Below are positions 1 to 9,949 of a DNA stretch of 64,000 nt, in pieces (the first letter of the stretch is position 1; every line of letters begins with the position of its first letter). The DNA comes from Nitrospirota bacterium. GTDB taxonomy: Bacteria; Nitrospirota; UBA9217. The DNA lies in NCBI GenBank assembly GCA_963845065.1, contig CAWJQQ010000001.1:1216001-1280000 (forward strand). The letters are read 5' to 3'. Below the pieces are notes generated by a model. The model made no database searches. It was not told the origin of the DNA and was given only the letters and a program-made list of their open reading frames with translations. The position numbers and the translations under genes are program-made.

Positions 1-160
1 CATCAGGACACCAGACGAGTTCAAGCGGGCCGGAGGTGATGTGTTCAGATGTACTTTTCGGGAATACCCCGGTTAGGACCTGATGGCCTAGATTGAGAAC
101 TGACACCAAGTTTTTGCTTCCGCTCACTCGGCATTTTACGATTTCTTTATACGCAGTCAT
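1..160 (-). CDS. Class I SAM-dependent methyltransferase, NDP-hexose C-methyltransferase-like (5' part only, runs off window)
   Basis: Not in the ORF track. ATG at 160-158 with an AGGAGG RBS upstream. Translates MTAYKEIVKCRVSGSKNLVSVLNLGHQVLTGVFPKS...GPLELVWCPD, resembling the N-terminus of sugar C-methyltransferases. Lies downstream of wzx. Confidence 0.6.
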   Translation of the reverse strand, partial: MTAYKEIVKCRVSGSKNLVSVLNLGHQVLTGVFPKSTSEHITSGPLELVWCPD

Positions 161-261
161 AAAGAGCCTCCTATAAGAAAGCTACGCTAATAGCACAAAA
201 TCTAATTTTGAAAATATTCTTACCTTTAAGAGAGCTTACTATTTATGAGTAACATAGATCA

Positions 262-1776
262 TCAAATCCAGATCGACTTAGCTTTGGTCATTTGAATGAT
301 CACCCAAGTCCTCATATGTCCGGCTACCAAAGCTGCTAACGCGAACGCCACCAAAAGCACACAGGAGATGCCTATTATTGCCATTATGGGCGTCATCTGG
401 TTGTTAATGAACCATCTCCCCAATCCAACCGTCAACATCGCTGCCAATGCAGGCGGGCCAACATCCTTGGTAAGCCAGCTCATCATTTCGCCCCTCAGCA
501 AACGACGATGTGTGAGTGGAACCCCGATCGCCATATTAATGCAGTTTAAAGCCACCCATACTGTAGCTGCCCCAACTGCACCGTACCTGGCAGTCATAAA
601 AAAAATTGCCGGAACAAGGATGATGATTAAAAACGTGTTAATGCGAAGCCCAATGCCGGTCCACCCATGTGACAATTGCAGAGCATAGGGTAAAACCATG
701 AGGGCGTTAATGGCCATGCCTATCACGAGGACGCTAACGATAGGGGAGGCCATCCCGGCAGTCTTTGCATTTCCAGTCCATAACAGCAGGATGTCGAATG
801 AGAAGACCGCCAGCACAGTAGCTACCGGTAGGACAAGCACCGCCATGAGTTGGGAACTTTGATGATATAAGATTTTGAGAGCCGAGTCGTCATTCGTGGC
901 AACGAGCGATGTGAAACGTGGGAACAGCGCATTAAACATGGGGCTGACCAGCAGGAACGGGATCACACTGCTTGCCACACCTGCCAACGTATAGTATCCG
1001 AACATCTCCAGGCTCAGCAGTTTGCTCAGGATCACCTTGTCCATCTGCGACAGGATGATACCGCTAAGGGTGATCCCGCCCATACCCGCAGCAAAACGCG
1101 AGATATTGCGGAGAAGACGCGGGTTAAAGACCGGGGAACGATCAGATGGCGGCAGGCTGTGCCAAAGAAGGATCGTCAGGAGGGTAACAGATAGTGCGTT
1201 TACGATAATTTGCCAGGTGAAATAAGCAGTGATCGTCGGAGAAACTTTCCAGAGAATGAACACGGAACCGCAAATGCCGAGTGTGGAAATACCGATTTTT
1301 ATGACGTTTAACAATACCTGGCGCTGTAGGCCCATGAGTCCCCCTTCGTAAAAACTGAAGGGCCACTGAAGGGCGGTCAAGATACCCATGATCAATACGG
1401 CGTGTTGGACAGTTTCGACGGGGATTGAACCTGGCTTGATCCAGTGTCTTGCAATGAACGGCGATAGTATTAATATTGCGATGCCGATGATTATTCCGAT
1501 CGCCCAATAGCCGATTTCCAAAGTCCTCACAATATCACGAGCTTCGCTCGATTTTTCCGGCAGAGTGGAATATCGTGCCATTTCCCGGTTCATGGTCTGA
1601 CTTAGGCCCAGATCAAGTATCTGAAACGCGGCCTGAAGCATGGCATAAAAACCGATCAATCCGTATGCCTCGATGCCGAGAAACTTGATATACAATGGAA
1701 CAAAAGCCAGAGCCATCAGGGCTGTCCAGCCTTGGCCGGCAAAATTGGCGACAAGGTTAAACTTCAGACGCGTCAT
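262..1776 (-). CDS. wzx: Wzx-type oligosaccharide flippase
   Basis: 504 aa, highly hydrophobic with many TM segments. The N-terminus (LAFVPLYIKFLGIEAYGLIG...LDLGL) and the motif DKVILSKLL...GYYTLA are typical of polysaccharide flippases. Adjacent to fcl. Confidence 0.85.
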   Translation of the reverse strand: MTRLKFNLVANFAGQGWTALMALAFVPLYIKFLGIEAYGLIGFYAMLQAAFQILDLGLSQTMNREMARYSTLPEKSSEARDIVRTLEIGYWAIGIIIGIAILILSPFIARHWIKPGSIPVETVQHAVLIMGILTALQWPFSFYEGGLMGLQRQVLLNVIKIGISTLGICGSVFILWKVSPTITAYFTWQIIVNALSVTLLTILLWHSLPPSDRSPVFNPRLLRNISRFAAGMGGITLSGIILSQMDKVILSKLLSLEMFGYYTLAGVASSVIPFLLVSPMFNALFPRFTSLVATNDDSALKILYHQSSQLMAVLVLPVATVLAVFSFDILLLWTGNAKTAGMASPIVSVLVIGMAINALMVLPYALQLSHGWTGIGLRINTFLIIILVPAIFFMTARYGAVGAATVWVALNCINMAIGVPLTHRRLLRGEMMSWLTKDVGPPALAAMLTVGLGRWFINNQMTPIMAIIGISCVLLVAFALAALVAGHMRTWVIIQMTKAKSIWI

Positions 1777-1785
1777 AAATCGGCC

Positions 1786-2736
1786 TCATTTACGTAAGGC
1801 AAGATTGCCAAGAAAATCCTTATAAGTTTTCCTGAGTCCTTCTTCCAACGAAGTTTTGTGTTTCCATCCAAATTTGTGGAGACGGGAAACGTCCAAGAGC
1901 TTACGCGGAGTCCCATCTGGTTTGGCTGGATCAAAAACAATATCCCCTTTAAAACCAACAGTAATCTTGATCAATTCGGCTAGTTCTCTAATAGTGCAAT
2001 CTTCACCAATGCCTATATTTATCAGTTCACCGAGATCTTGAACGGCAATATGTTCCATGAGAAAAACGCATGCATCGGCCATATCGTCTACGTACATGAA
2101 TTCTCGCCGTGGAGCGCCAGTACCCCATACAGTTACTATTGATTGTTGCGCAAGCTTGACTTCGTGGAAACGTCGCAATAACATCGGGATAGCATGGGCA
2201 TTTTCCGGATGGTAGTTGTCGTTTGGGCCGTACAAATTCGTGGGCATAACGGAAATGAAATTTGTACCGTATTGCCGGTTCATTGCACTGCAGAGCTTGA
2301 TGCCCGCAATTTTTGCTATAGCATAGGCTTCATTAGTCGGTTCAAGAGGGGCTGTCAAAAGATATTCTTCTTTGAGGGGTTGAGGCGCTAGCTTTGGGTA
2401 GATGCAGCTCGAACCGAGAAACAGGAGTTTCAGCACGCCGTGGCGCCAAGCTGCTTCAATAACATTATTTTGAACTTTTAAGTTGTCTAATAAAAACTCT
2501 ACAGGATAGGTATTGTTGGCATAAATACCTCCCACCCTGGCTGCGGCCAGGTACACTATGTCAGGTTGTTCAGATCGAAAAAAACTATCAACGGCAGTCG
2601 GGTTGAGAAGGTCTAGTTCTGCACGGTTACGAGTTATGATGTGCCGATAACCGCCACTGATCAAACGGCGATACAAAGCACTGCCGACGAGTCCGTTATG
2701 TCCGGCGACGAATACTTTATGCTGTGTAAAATCCAT
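1786..2736 (-). CDS. fcl: GDP-L-fucose synthase
   Basis: GHNGLVGS nucleotide-binding motif, [20 protein letters not shown] (SDR YxxxK), [14 protein letters not shown]. Confidence 0.95.
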   Translation of the reverse strand: MDFTQHKVFVAGHNGLVGSALYRRLISGGYRHIITRNRAELDLLNPTAVDSFFRSEQPDIVYLAAARVGGIYANNTYPVEFLLDNLKVQNNVIEAAWRHGVLKLLFLGSSCIYPKLAPQPLKEEYLLTAPLEPTNEAYAIAKIAGIKLCSAMNRQYGTNFISVMPTNLYGPNDNYHPENAHAIPMLLRRFHEVKLAQQSIVTVWGTGAPRREFMYVDDMADACVFLMEHIAVQDLGELINIGIGEDCTIRELAELIKITVGFKGDIVFDPAKPDGTPRKLLDVSRLHKFGWKHKTSLEEGLRKTYKDFLGNLALRK

Positions 2737-2800
2737 TATAGCTCCGGTAAATAAATGATTTTATGTGTATTTATATACGCTGAAGCAAATCGATTGTACT

Positions 2801-3427
2801 TCATGGTAAATTCAGCTTCTCAGTGAAAATAAGCTGAATGTCATTCTTGTTGACCTCAGCATTTATTAATGCGCGTAAAATGCTTTCCTGCTTTAAATAT
2901 GAAGACACCACGACGATATCATAGCTTAGACTCGTGATAGTGCGTATGGGCCTGATGTTTCTGCCGAAAAATATCTTTCCATCGGTTTCATCGTCCACGA
3001 CGCCGACAAGATCTAAATCGGTTTCATCCAAGGTAATGTAGGCAATTTCCGCCACTTCATCAACGCCAGCAAAGACAATCTTGCGTGAGCCCCTATTCGC
3101 CAGTTCGCAAAATACCTTTTTCAAGTTATTTCTCGCTTCCCGGTATATACGCGTATAATCCTGAAGCAGGTCGTACGTGAGACGTGACTTTTCTACAAGG
3201 CCTTTCGGTGTCAAATAATATGCATATCGTTTAGGAGGAATCGAAGTAACGGTTAAATAACCTTTCGCAACAAGATTTTTGATATAGGAATTAACAAGTC
3301 CGAGAGCAATGCCAAGACGCTTGCTCAAATCGCGTTGCGTGATGGAATCGTTACAGGAAAGCTCGTCGAGGATTTGAAGAGACCTGAATTGGTCCGCCCC
3401 GGATGGGGACGACCGGTTTATGTTCAT
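2801..3427 (-). CDS. EPS-associated MarR-type winged-helix transcriptional regulator with C-terminal Rossmann-like domain
   Basis: ITQRDLSKRLGIALGLVNSYIKNLV...YAYYLTPKGLVEKSRLT is characteristic of the EPS-associated MarR family. First gene of the polysaccharide locus. Confidence 0.85.
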   Translation of the reverse strand: MNINRSSPSGADQFRSLQILDELSCNDSITQRDLSKRLGIALGLVNSYIKNLVAKGYLTVTSIPPKRYAYYLTPKGLVEKSRLTYDLLQDYTRIYREARNNLKKVFCELANRGSRKIVFAGVDEVAEIAYITLDETDLDLVGVVDDETDGKIFFGRNIRPIRTITSLSYDIVVVSSYLKQESILRALINAEVNKNDIQLIFTEKLNLP

Positions 3428-3433
3428 GAAATG

Positions 3434-3462
3434 AACATACCATGCGGCAATTACTATGTCAA
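3434..3462 (-). promoter_or_regulatory. sigma70-type promoter (TTGACA-17-TATGTT, extended TG); -10 box 6 nt before ATG
   Basis: Reverse strand reads TTGACA tagtaattgccgcatgg TATGTT catttc ATG. Confidence 0.65.
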
Positions 3463-3616
3463 GAATTAGTTATTTTGTTCTACAATTCTATCAAGAATTG
3501 CATTGAATTCATGGCGAAAAGCGATTAATAACTTTACACTCTGTGATAGTAATGATATTATTTAGTTCGATTTCAATTGAATTGAAGAGATTTTTTTTAC
3601 AAGAGAGGATTGCTTG

Positions 3617-4573
3617 ATGGAGCCGAAGGTTTGTTTGGCGCTTGGAGGAGGGGCTGCGAGAGGGCTTGCCCATCTCGGTGTACTCAAGGTCTTTGAAAAC
3701 GCCAAGGTCCCGATCGACATGATCGCCGGTACGAGTCTGGGTGCTTTGATCGGCGGAATGTATGCAACCAATCCTGACGCTACATACTGGATCGGACGGG
3801 TTGATCAGTACCTCCGCAGCTTCCGCTCCCGTAAAACACGTTTGGAATTCCTTAAGAAGCTTGAAACACCGGCAAATAATCACAGGGGATTTTTTAGTGA
3901 CATGGCAGTTATGCTTAGAAAAGGTTATTTTTGGGGCGTCACAGCTACGAACTCTGCTTTTATCGGCGAGAAAGAATATCAGGACCTGATCTATCCACTG
4001 ATTCCCGATATATCCTTCGAAGAGACCAAAATCCCTTTTAGCTGCGTCGCTACGGACATCCGCAACGGTAAACGCGTCATGTATACTACGGGACGGCTCC
4101 GTACGGCCATCAGCGCAAGTTGCGCCTTGCCTGGCATTTTTCCCCCTGTCATAGACGACGGCATGGCACTCGTAGACGGAGGATGGGTGGAACGCGTGCC
4201 TGTACTATGCGCGCAGGACATGGGCGCCGATATAGTAATAGCAGTCGACGTCTCGAGCGACGTTGCAACGTTTGAAGAAAAATCGGGCCTTGATGTCGTG
4301 CTCCGCGCCGATGCAGTTTCCAGAATATTCCTTAACGAGATACTCGCCCAACAAGCTGATGTGGTGATCCATCCGGCAGTGGGGACAACGCATTGGGCAG
4401 ACTTCAGCAATTCCAAAGAACTGGTCACTGCAGGCGAGAATGCAGCACTCGGGAAACTGATCGCCATCCGCACTGTAATCCATCGGGCCAGTTTGCCTCC
4501 GAAAAAACTTACTGAGCATCTCCGTTCGATAAAGGATAAGATTATCGAAAAAGTAATTGGCACAAAGTCATAG
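3617..4573 (+). CDS. Patatin-like phospholipase
   Basis: GGGAARG oxyanion loop, GTSLG nucleophile motif, DGG motif. ATG at 3617 follows GAGAGGA. Confidence 0.92.
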   Translation: MEPKVCLALGGGAARGLAHLGVLKVFENAKVPIDMIAGTSLGALIGGMYATNPDATYWIGRVDQYLRSFRSRKTRLEFLKKLETPANNHRGFFSDMAVMLRKGYFWGVTATNSAFIGEKEYQDLIYPLIPDISFEETKIPFSCVATDIRNGKRVMYTTGRLRTAISASCALPGIFPPVIDDGMALVDGGWVERVPVLCAQDMGADIVIAVDVSSDVATFEEKSGLDVVLRADAVSRIFLNEILAQQADVVIHPAVGTTHWADFSNSKELVTAGENAALGKLIAIRTVIHRASLPPKKLTEHLRSIKDKIIEKVIGTKS

Positions 4574-4719
4574 GAACATGCCATCAAGTCCATACACTTC
4601 AAATTGGCTTGGCGTGCAAAGAACGATCCGCTTTTCATCCTCACATACTTTTGATTCCGTAGATGCATGATCCAAAAGAAACGTCCAACAGCTTTTTTCA
4701 TTGTATACGCTAATTTCAC

Positions 4720-4748
4720 CAGACAATGTTGAATGTTTTCGCTATAAT
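4720..4748 (+). promoter_or_regulatory. Probable promoter (CAGACA-17-TATAAT); -10 box 6 nt before ATG 4755
   Basis: Perfect TATAAT at 4743-4748 followed by atcggt ATG; no Shine-Dalgarno. Confidence 0.55.
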
Positions 4749-4754
4749 ATCGGT

Positions 4755-5465
4755 ATGAACATACCACTCGTGATCGGCCATCGCGGAGACGCCTCGGAAT
4801 CCCTGGAAAATTCACTTGAGTCCGTTCACTGGGCACTTTCTTATCCCGTTGACATGATTGAACTTGACGTGCGTAAGAGCCTCGACAATGTGCTCTACAT
4901 AATGCACGACAAAATGACCGGACGGACCGCGGAGAAAAGCATTAACATCGAACATGCGACGTCCGACGTGATTGACAAGCTGAAACTGATAAACGGCGAA
5001 GCTATCCCGACGATTGAAGACATAATAAAGACAGTCGCAGGCTCAGCTGGGCTAAACTTTGAGATAAAGAGCAGCGGTGCGGGAGTATTAATCGCTCAAT
5101 ATTTTGCATCATCATATTACCCGGGCTATGTTTTTTTGTCATCTTTCGAAGAAGATGAGGTTCGTGCGGTGCGGCACATCATGCCCACAATGCCGACAGC
5201 AGTGATCTATGATGTATTTTCGACCCATGATGTAACCAATTATAAAAAACAAGGATATAGAATTATCAGCCTGCGGAAAAATACTGTAAGTGAAAAAATT
5301 ATCACGGCCTGCCATGAGGAAAGGATAGACGTGTATGTCTGGACCGTGGATGACGAGGATGAGATGCAAAAGTTTATCTCCTTGGGGGTGGATGGTATAT
5401 ATTCAAATAGGCCGGGAGTGTTGAAGACGCTGTTGATGAGGCGCGAAACAGCGTCGGAAGGTTAG
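4755..5465 (+). CDS. Glycerophosphodiester phosphodiesterase
   Basis: IGHRG, ENSL, IELDV, MHD, FEIK, VWTVD and GVDGIYSN motifs of the GDPD family. Start moved from TTG 4701 to ATG 4755. Confidence 0.9.
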   Translation: MNIPLVIGHRGDASESLENSLESVHWALSYPVDMIELDVRKSLDNVLYIMHDKMTGRTAEKSINIEHATSDVIDKLKLINGEAIPTIEDIIKTVAGSAGLNFEIKSSGAGVLIAQYFASSYYPGYVFLSSFEEDEVRAVRHIMPTMPTAVIYDVFSTHDVTNYKKQGYRIISLRKNTVSEKIITACHEERIDVYVWTVDDEDEMQKFISLGVDGIYSNRPGVLKTLLMRRETASEG

Positions 5466-5608
5466 AAAATCAGCAATGGAAACCCCGCATTCTTGCGCGG
5501 CGGAATCTACCAATCCTCACAATAGGCCGCATCGGAAACAGCACAGATTTCGTTAAGGGATTTTTACACTGGTAGTCGACAACCAATCGTTCAACTCCAT
5601 TATCCACT

Positions 5609-7204
5609 ATGCAAGAAAATGATCAGATCTTCGACATTATCATTATCGGTGGAGGCATCACTGGAGCAGGTGTCGCACGTGATGCCTCTCTGCGTGGTCT
5701 TACGTGCCTGCTGCTCGAAAAAGGAGATTATGCGTCGGGTGTAACTTCGAAATCGACCCGCTTGATCCACGGCGGGCTTCGATACCTCGCCAATTTCGAG
5801 ATAGACTTAGTCGCAGAGTCGCTTCGAGAACGGGCTATCCTCCGCAGACAAGCGCCTTACCTCATTCACCCAATTCCGATTTTAATTCCCATCTATAATG
5901 GCGACCCCCATGGAAGAGCAGTCATTTCCATTGGAATCCACCTTTACGATCTGCTTTCGCATGACAAAGATATTCCCCATTACTTTACTTCCAATAGAGA
6001 AAAAACACTCGGATTCGAGCCGCGTCTGAACCAGGAAGGTCTAGCGGGTAGTGCATTATTTTACGACCATCAAATCCTAATGCCCGAAAGGCTTGTGCTC
6101 GAAAATGTGATTTCTGCGAGAATGGCTGGAGCTAAACTTTTGAATTATGTCAGGGCCGATAAGATCGAAGAAACGAATGAAAATATTGTTGTGACTGCCA
6201 CGGACACACTTTTGGGAGCGAGACATGCCTACCGCTCAAAAGTCCTGATCAACGCTGCAGGGCCCTGGATCGATGCTGTAAGACAGGCGGGAAACATCGA
6301 CCAGCGAAAGATCATCTATCCAACGAAAGGCATCCACATTGTGATGCCAAAACTCAGCGATCAGGCGCTCTTTGTGACCTCGCGAGACGAGCGGATGTTC
6401 TTCATTATTCCCTTTGGTGGATATTCCCTCATCGGGACGACGGACACCAAATATGATGGGGATCTTGACGAGGTCCATGCAAACAGAAATGACATTGATT
6501 ATCTGCTTACCGAAAGCAAACGCGTCTTGCCTCAATTGAATATCACGCGTGACGCGATCCTATATACCTATGCGGGCATCAGGCCTCTAGCATTCTCAGG
6601 CAGGAGCGAATCAAAAATATCCCGGAAGCACCGGATCGTCAAAGAAGGGCGGTCCGGAAGAATCATCACCATCGCTGGTGGAAAACTCACGACATATCGT
6701 AATATGGCTAAAGACGTAATCGATGCAACATGCGATGCCCTCCGTATCAGAGCAGAATGCTCTACCGACCAGAAACCCCTCGCCGGAAGTTTGCCTATGG
6801 AACATGATCTTTATTCGAAAGAAGCGGTACCGGAGTTATCCTCCCGCTACAGCGTATCACCTGAACTTATAAACCATCTCATAAGTCTCTATGGTTCGAG
6901 AACAGACCGCGTGCTCGAACTAATGAAAACGGATACAGTTTTACGAGAGACGATATCGCGGCAAAGCCCGGACATTTATGCACAGGTCATTTATAGTGTG
7001 AGAGAAGAGGATGCAAAAACGCTATCCGACATCATCCTTCGGAGGATGCATATCGGTATAACAGCCTCCCGCGGCGTCAAAGAGGTGGAGAAAATCGCCG
7101 AGATAGCCGGCAAGGAACTAGGATGGAATGTTGATGAACAACGTCATCACATAGCAGAGTATATCAAGGCACTTGCCAAAGAAACAGAATGCCTCATGTC
7201 GTGA
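5609..7204 (+). CDS. glpD: FAD-dependent glycerol-3-phosphate dehydrogenase
   Basis: IGGGITGAG FAD motif, SKSTRLIHGGLRYL, NAAGPW, KGIH, IGTTD, AGIRPL, GGKLTTYR. Confidence 0.93.
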   Translation: MQENDQIFDIIIIGGGITGAGVARDASLRGLTCLLLEKGDYASGVTSKSTRLIHGGLRYLANFEIDLVAESLRERAILRRQAPYLIHPIPILIPIYNGDPHGRAVISIGIHLYDLLSHDKDIPHYFTSNREKTLGFEPRLNQEGLAGSALFYDHQILMPERLVLENVISARMAGAKLLNYVRADKIEETNENIVVTATDTLLGARHAYRSKVLINAAGPWIDAVRQAGNIDQRKIIYPTKGIHIVMPKLSDQALFVTSRDERMFFIIPFGGYSLIGTTDTKYDGDLDEVHANRNDIDYLLTESKRVLPQLNITRDAILYTYAGIRPLAFSGRSESKISRKHRIVKEGRSGRIITIAGGKLTTYRNMAKDVIDATCDALRIRAECSTDQKPLAGSLPMEHDLYSKEAVPELSSRYSVSPELINHLISLYGSRTDRVLELMKTDTVLRETISRQSPDIYAQVIYSVREEDAKTLSDIILRRMHIGITASRGVKEVEKIAEIAGKELGWNVDEQRHHIAEYIKALAKETECLMS

Positions 7205-7224
7205 TTCTAATTGCGCAATATCAA

Positions 7225-7289
7225 AGTCAGAAGACAGAAGGTAAAACTTTGCCTATAAAAGTCCATCATACCGAGTCTGTCCTCTGACT
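7225..7289. terminator. 14-bp inverted repeat between convergent genes; possible bidirectional terminator
   Basis: AGTCAGAAGACAGA (7225-7238) vs TCTGTCCTCTGACT (7276-7289), one mismatch. Confidence 0.5.
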
Positions 7290-7301
7290 GCCATAGCAAA
7301 A

Positions 7302-8483
7302 TTATTTCGGCGTAACCTTCAACTCAAGCGCATTGGCAGTTGAGCTGATCACTTCCACGGTAAAAGACCCGAAGTCTTTTAGCACAAGCTCATCAGAAAG
7401 TGTCTGGGCGCTGTTTTTCGAGTCTACGGAGATCTTTGCCATGGTTCCGTTAAAGCTTCGTTCGTGCAGGTCTTTGATGCCACGTACCTGGTTTCTGAGT
7501 ACATCTTTGAACTTGACGAACTGCGTCTTATTCAACCCGGAGATTGTGATATCGACAGTCCGCGTGCTGCCGGCCTCCTTTGAATAGAAAGCCAGTATTT
7601 TCCCCATCATCTCATCTGCTGCGGACGAGGCGGCCTTGCGGAGCGCTTCGATCCCGGCAGATTCCGCCGTGATGTGCACGGCAGCTGCGTGAGTCGTGAC
7701 TGCTGCAATGACCTGGCCAGTATCCGTGCGGACCGCCTTGGCAGAGAGGTCTGCTTGAACCGATTTCATCCCGCCCCCGATGTCGCCGTACAGTTTTGCA
7801 AGGGCTTTGCCGGTTATAACAACCTCGGCGTCCACCTCGCCACCGAGAGTTTTTGCCTGAGTGGCTGTCAGGTCCTGTACCTTGTACGCATTGGTCACAG
7901 TGAAATCTTTTATCGCAGTTGCATGATCGATGAATTCAAATCCTTTTTGAGTAAAAACATCGATGAACGTGTTTTCCACAACACCAATGTCGGTCTGCTC
8001 CCCTTGATAGCCCCCCCACCACCAAGCATACCATTCGTGCCCGATATTCTGCTCGGAGATCAGGATAATCGTGCGTGGTTTATGCATCTGACCGAGCAGG
8101 ATCCCGATTCCCGATAGGTCGTCAGTAAGCTGTCCCAGGGAGACCTCGGCATTGATATTCACTCGAAGAAGCCCGCCGTCCTCGGACTCACTCGCGACGC
8201 TGTACCGTTTGATGTAACCCTTGGTCTGGGATAGGATCTTGTCGCTAATGAGTTGGTAGTTTTCTACCTGGGTCTGCGAGTCGATCAGGATGCCGATTGC
8301 CTGTTCAACAGCCCGCTTTTGTGCGTCTTCTATCGCCGCATCGCGAGCGATATCGCGCGCATTGCCCTGGATGGCTGCCACGCCTTCTGCAGTGACCATT
8401 TTGGAGTCCTGTGCCCAGGTTGAAAAAGCCGCAACTGCAACGAGGGAAAATGCTACGATGATTATTTTTAGTGAACGAACCAT
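7302..8483 (-). CDS. Exported protein with FlgT N-terminal-like domain
   Basis: Signal peptide (…AAFSTWA|Q), then TAEGVA…ARDAAIEDAQKRAVEQAIG…SQTQVENYQLISDKI…GYIKRY, a pattern typical of FlgT_N-domain proteins. GGAGG RBS. Confidence 0.65.
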   Translation of the reverse strand: MVRSLKIIIVAFSLVAVAAFSTWAQDSKMVTAEGVAAIQGNARDIARDAAIEDAQKRAVEQAIGILIDSQTQVENYQLISDKILSQTKGYIKRYSVASESEDGGLLRVNINAEVSLGQLTDDLSGIGILLGQMHKPRTIILISEQNIGHEWYAWWWGGYQGEQTDIGVVENTFIDVFTQKGFEFIDHATAIKDFTVTNAYKVQDLTATQAKTLGGEVDAEVVITGKALAKLYGDIGGGMKSVQADLSAKAVRTDTGQVIAAVTTHAAAVHITAESAGIEALRKAASSAADEMMGKILAFYSKEAGSTRTVDITISGLNKTQFVKFKDVLRNQVRGIKDLHERSFNGTMAKISVDSKNSAQTLSDELVLKDFGSFTVEVISSTANALELKVTPK

Positions 8484-8769
8484 ATTCCCACCTCCGTGAA
8501 GAATAGAAGAACAATTAAGAAATAATACCAGAGGTCGGGAATTAGGTCAACCTAGAAACAAAGGCATGGTGATGCTCTGTTTACCGGAACGGTGGACATG
8601 GGAACAACAATACGAGTCTTCAGCACCGTGATCACCGCGTAAACTTTTCCGGTAATGCGGTAGTTCTCGCTGTAGGATTGCTAATAAACCCGCGAAGATA
8701 AATTTTCTGGATATTTTAATGGATAGATGATAGAATTTAAAAATCGATAACATAAGGAGGAATGTCTGC

Positions 8770-9486
8770 GTGCCGAAGTTGTCAGTAAACATTGATCATA
8801 TCGCAACGATAAGACAGGCGAGACATGGAACGGAACCCGATCCTGTTGCTGCTGCCGTTCTCGCAGAATTGGCTGGTGCTTTAGGGATCATTGCCCATCT
8901 TCGGGAAGACCGCAGGCATGTGCAGGACAGAGATTTGCACCTGCTTCGGGAGACAGTCCAGACCAAATTGAACATGGAGATGGCAGCGACTGACGAGATG
9001 CAGCGGATAGCGCTCGAAGTCAAACCGAATTTTTCCACACTGGTTCCGGAAAAACGAGAAGAATTGACGACTGAAGGCGGTCTTGAGGTCGCCTCGCGTG
9101 TCGATTTTCTGAAATCCTACGTTGCAAGGCTACAGCAGGGAGGGATTATCGTCAGCCTCTTCGTTGACCCTGATGAAAAGCAAATTGCTGCTTCCAAAAT
9201 AACCGGCACTGACTGGGTTGAGATACATACTGGAGCCTATGCAAACGCGAGGACCGAAAAAGTTCGTCATGACGAGTTTGTCAAAATCGCAGAGGCCGCT
9301 AAACTTGCTGCGAGCTTGGGGCTACGCATCGGTGCAGGACATGGCCTGAATTATGTGAATGTCAGGAACATAGCTCGCATTCCGGAAGTATCAGAGCTGA
9401 ATATCGGCCACAGCATCATCTCTCGGGCAGCGCTTGTGGGCATGGACCGTGCAGTCAGGGAAATGAGCCAATTGGTTGAATCATAG
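8770..9486 (+). CDS. pdxJ: Pyridoxine 5'-phosphate synthase
   Basis: [59 protein letters not shown] start after AGGAGG. Confidence 0.97.
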   Translation: MPKLSVNIDHIATIRQARHGTEPDPVAAAVLAELAGALGIIAHLREDRRHVQDRDLHLLRETVQTKLNMEMAATDEMQRIALEVKPNFSTLVPEKREELTTEGGLEVASRVDFLKSYVARLQQGGIIVSLFVDPDEKQIAASKITGTDWVEIHTGAYANARTEKVRHDEFVKIAEAAKLAASLGLRIGAGHGLNYVNVRNIARIPEVSELNIGHSIISRAALVGMDRAVREMSQLVES

Positions 9487-9530
9487 GATAGTATTCTTAT
9501 CCATCGTAACGCAGGAGGCAGGAGAATGGT

Positions 9531-9932
9531 ATGATCATTGGTATTGGTATTGATCTCGTCAAGATCGATCGTATCGACAAGGCAGGAAAGCATGACGGAT
9601 TTTTGGAAAGGTTGTTCACGGACCGTGAGCGCGAATACTGCTCTCGCCAAAAATTCCCCGCGCAGCATTACGCGGCCAGATTCGCTGCAAAAGAGGCTGT
9701 GCTCAAGGCCATCGGAACCGGGTGGAGCGCCGGCATCAAATGGACTGACATGGAAGTTCTCCACGGCGAAGGAGGTGGCCCGATCGTGAACCTTACCGGC
9801 AGGGTCAAAGACCTCCTTGACCTCAAAGGAGTCAATCAGGTTTTCCTTAGTTATTCCCACGACGAAGGATTTGCCGTGGCGCAGGTGGTTCTCGTAGGAA
9901 AACCGCTGATCACTGGAGTGGAAAGTGATTAG
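9531..9932 (+). CDS. acpS: Holo-[acyl-carrier-protein] synthase
   Basis: GIGIDLV, ARFAAKEAVLKAIGTG, LSYSHD. Follows pdxJ as is common. Confidence 0.95.
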   Translation: MIIGIGIDLVKIDRIDKAGKHDGFLERLFTDREREYCSRQKFPAQHYAARFAAKEAVLKAIGTGWSAGIKWTDMEVLHGEGGGPIVNLTGRVKDLLDLKGVNQVFLSYSHDEGFAVAQVVLVGKPLITGVESD

Positions 9933-9949
9933 GAAGATTGTGTAAAGAC

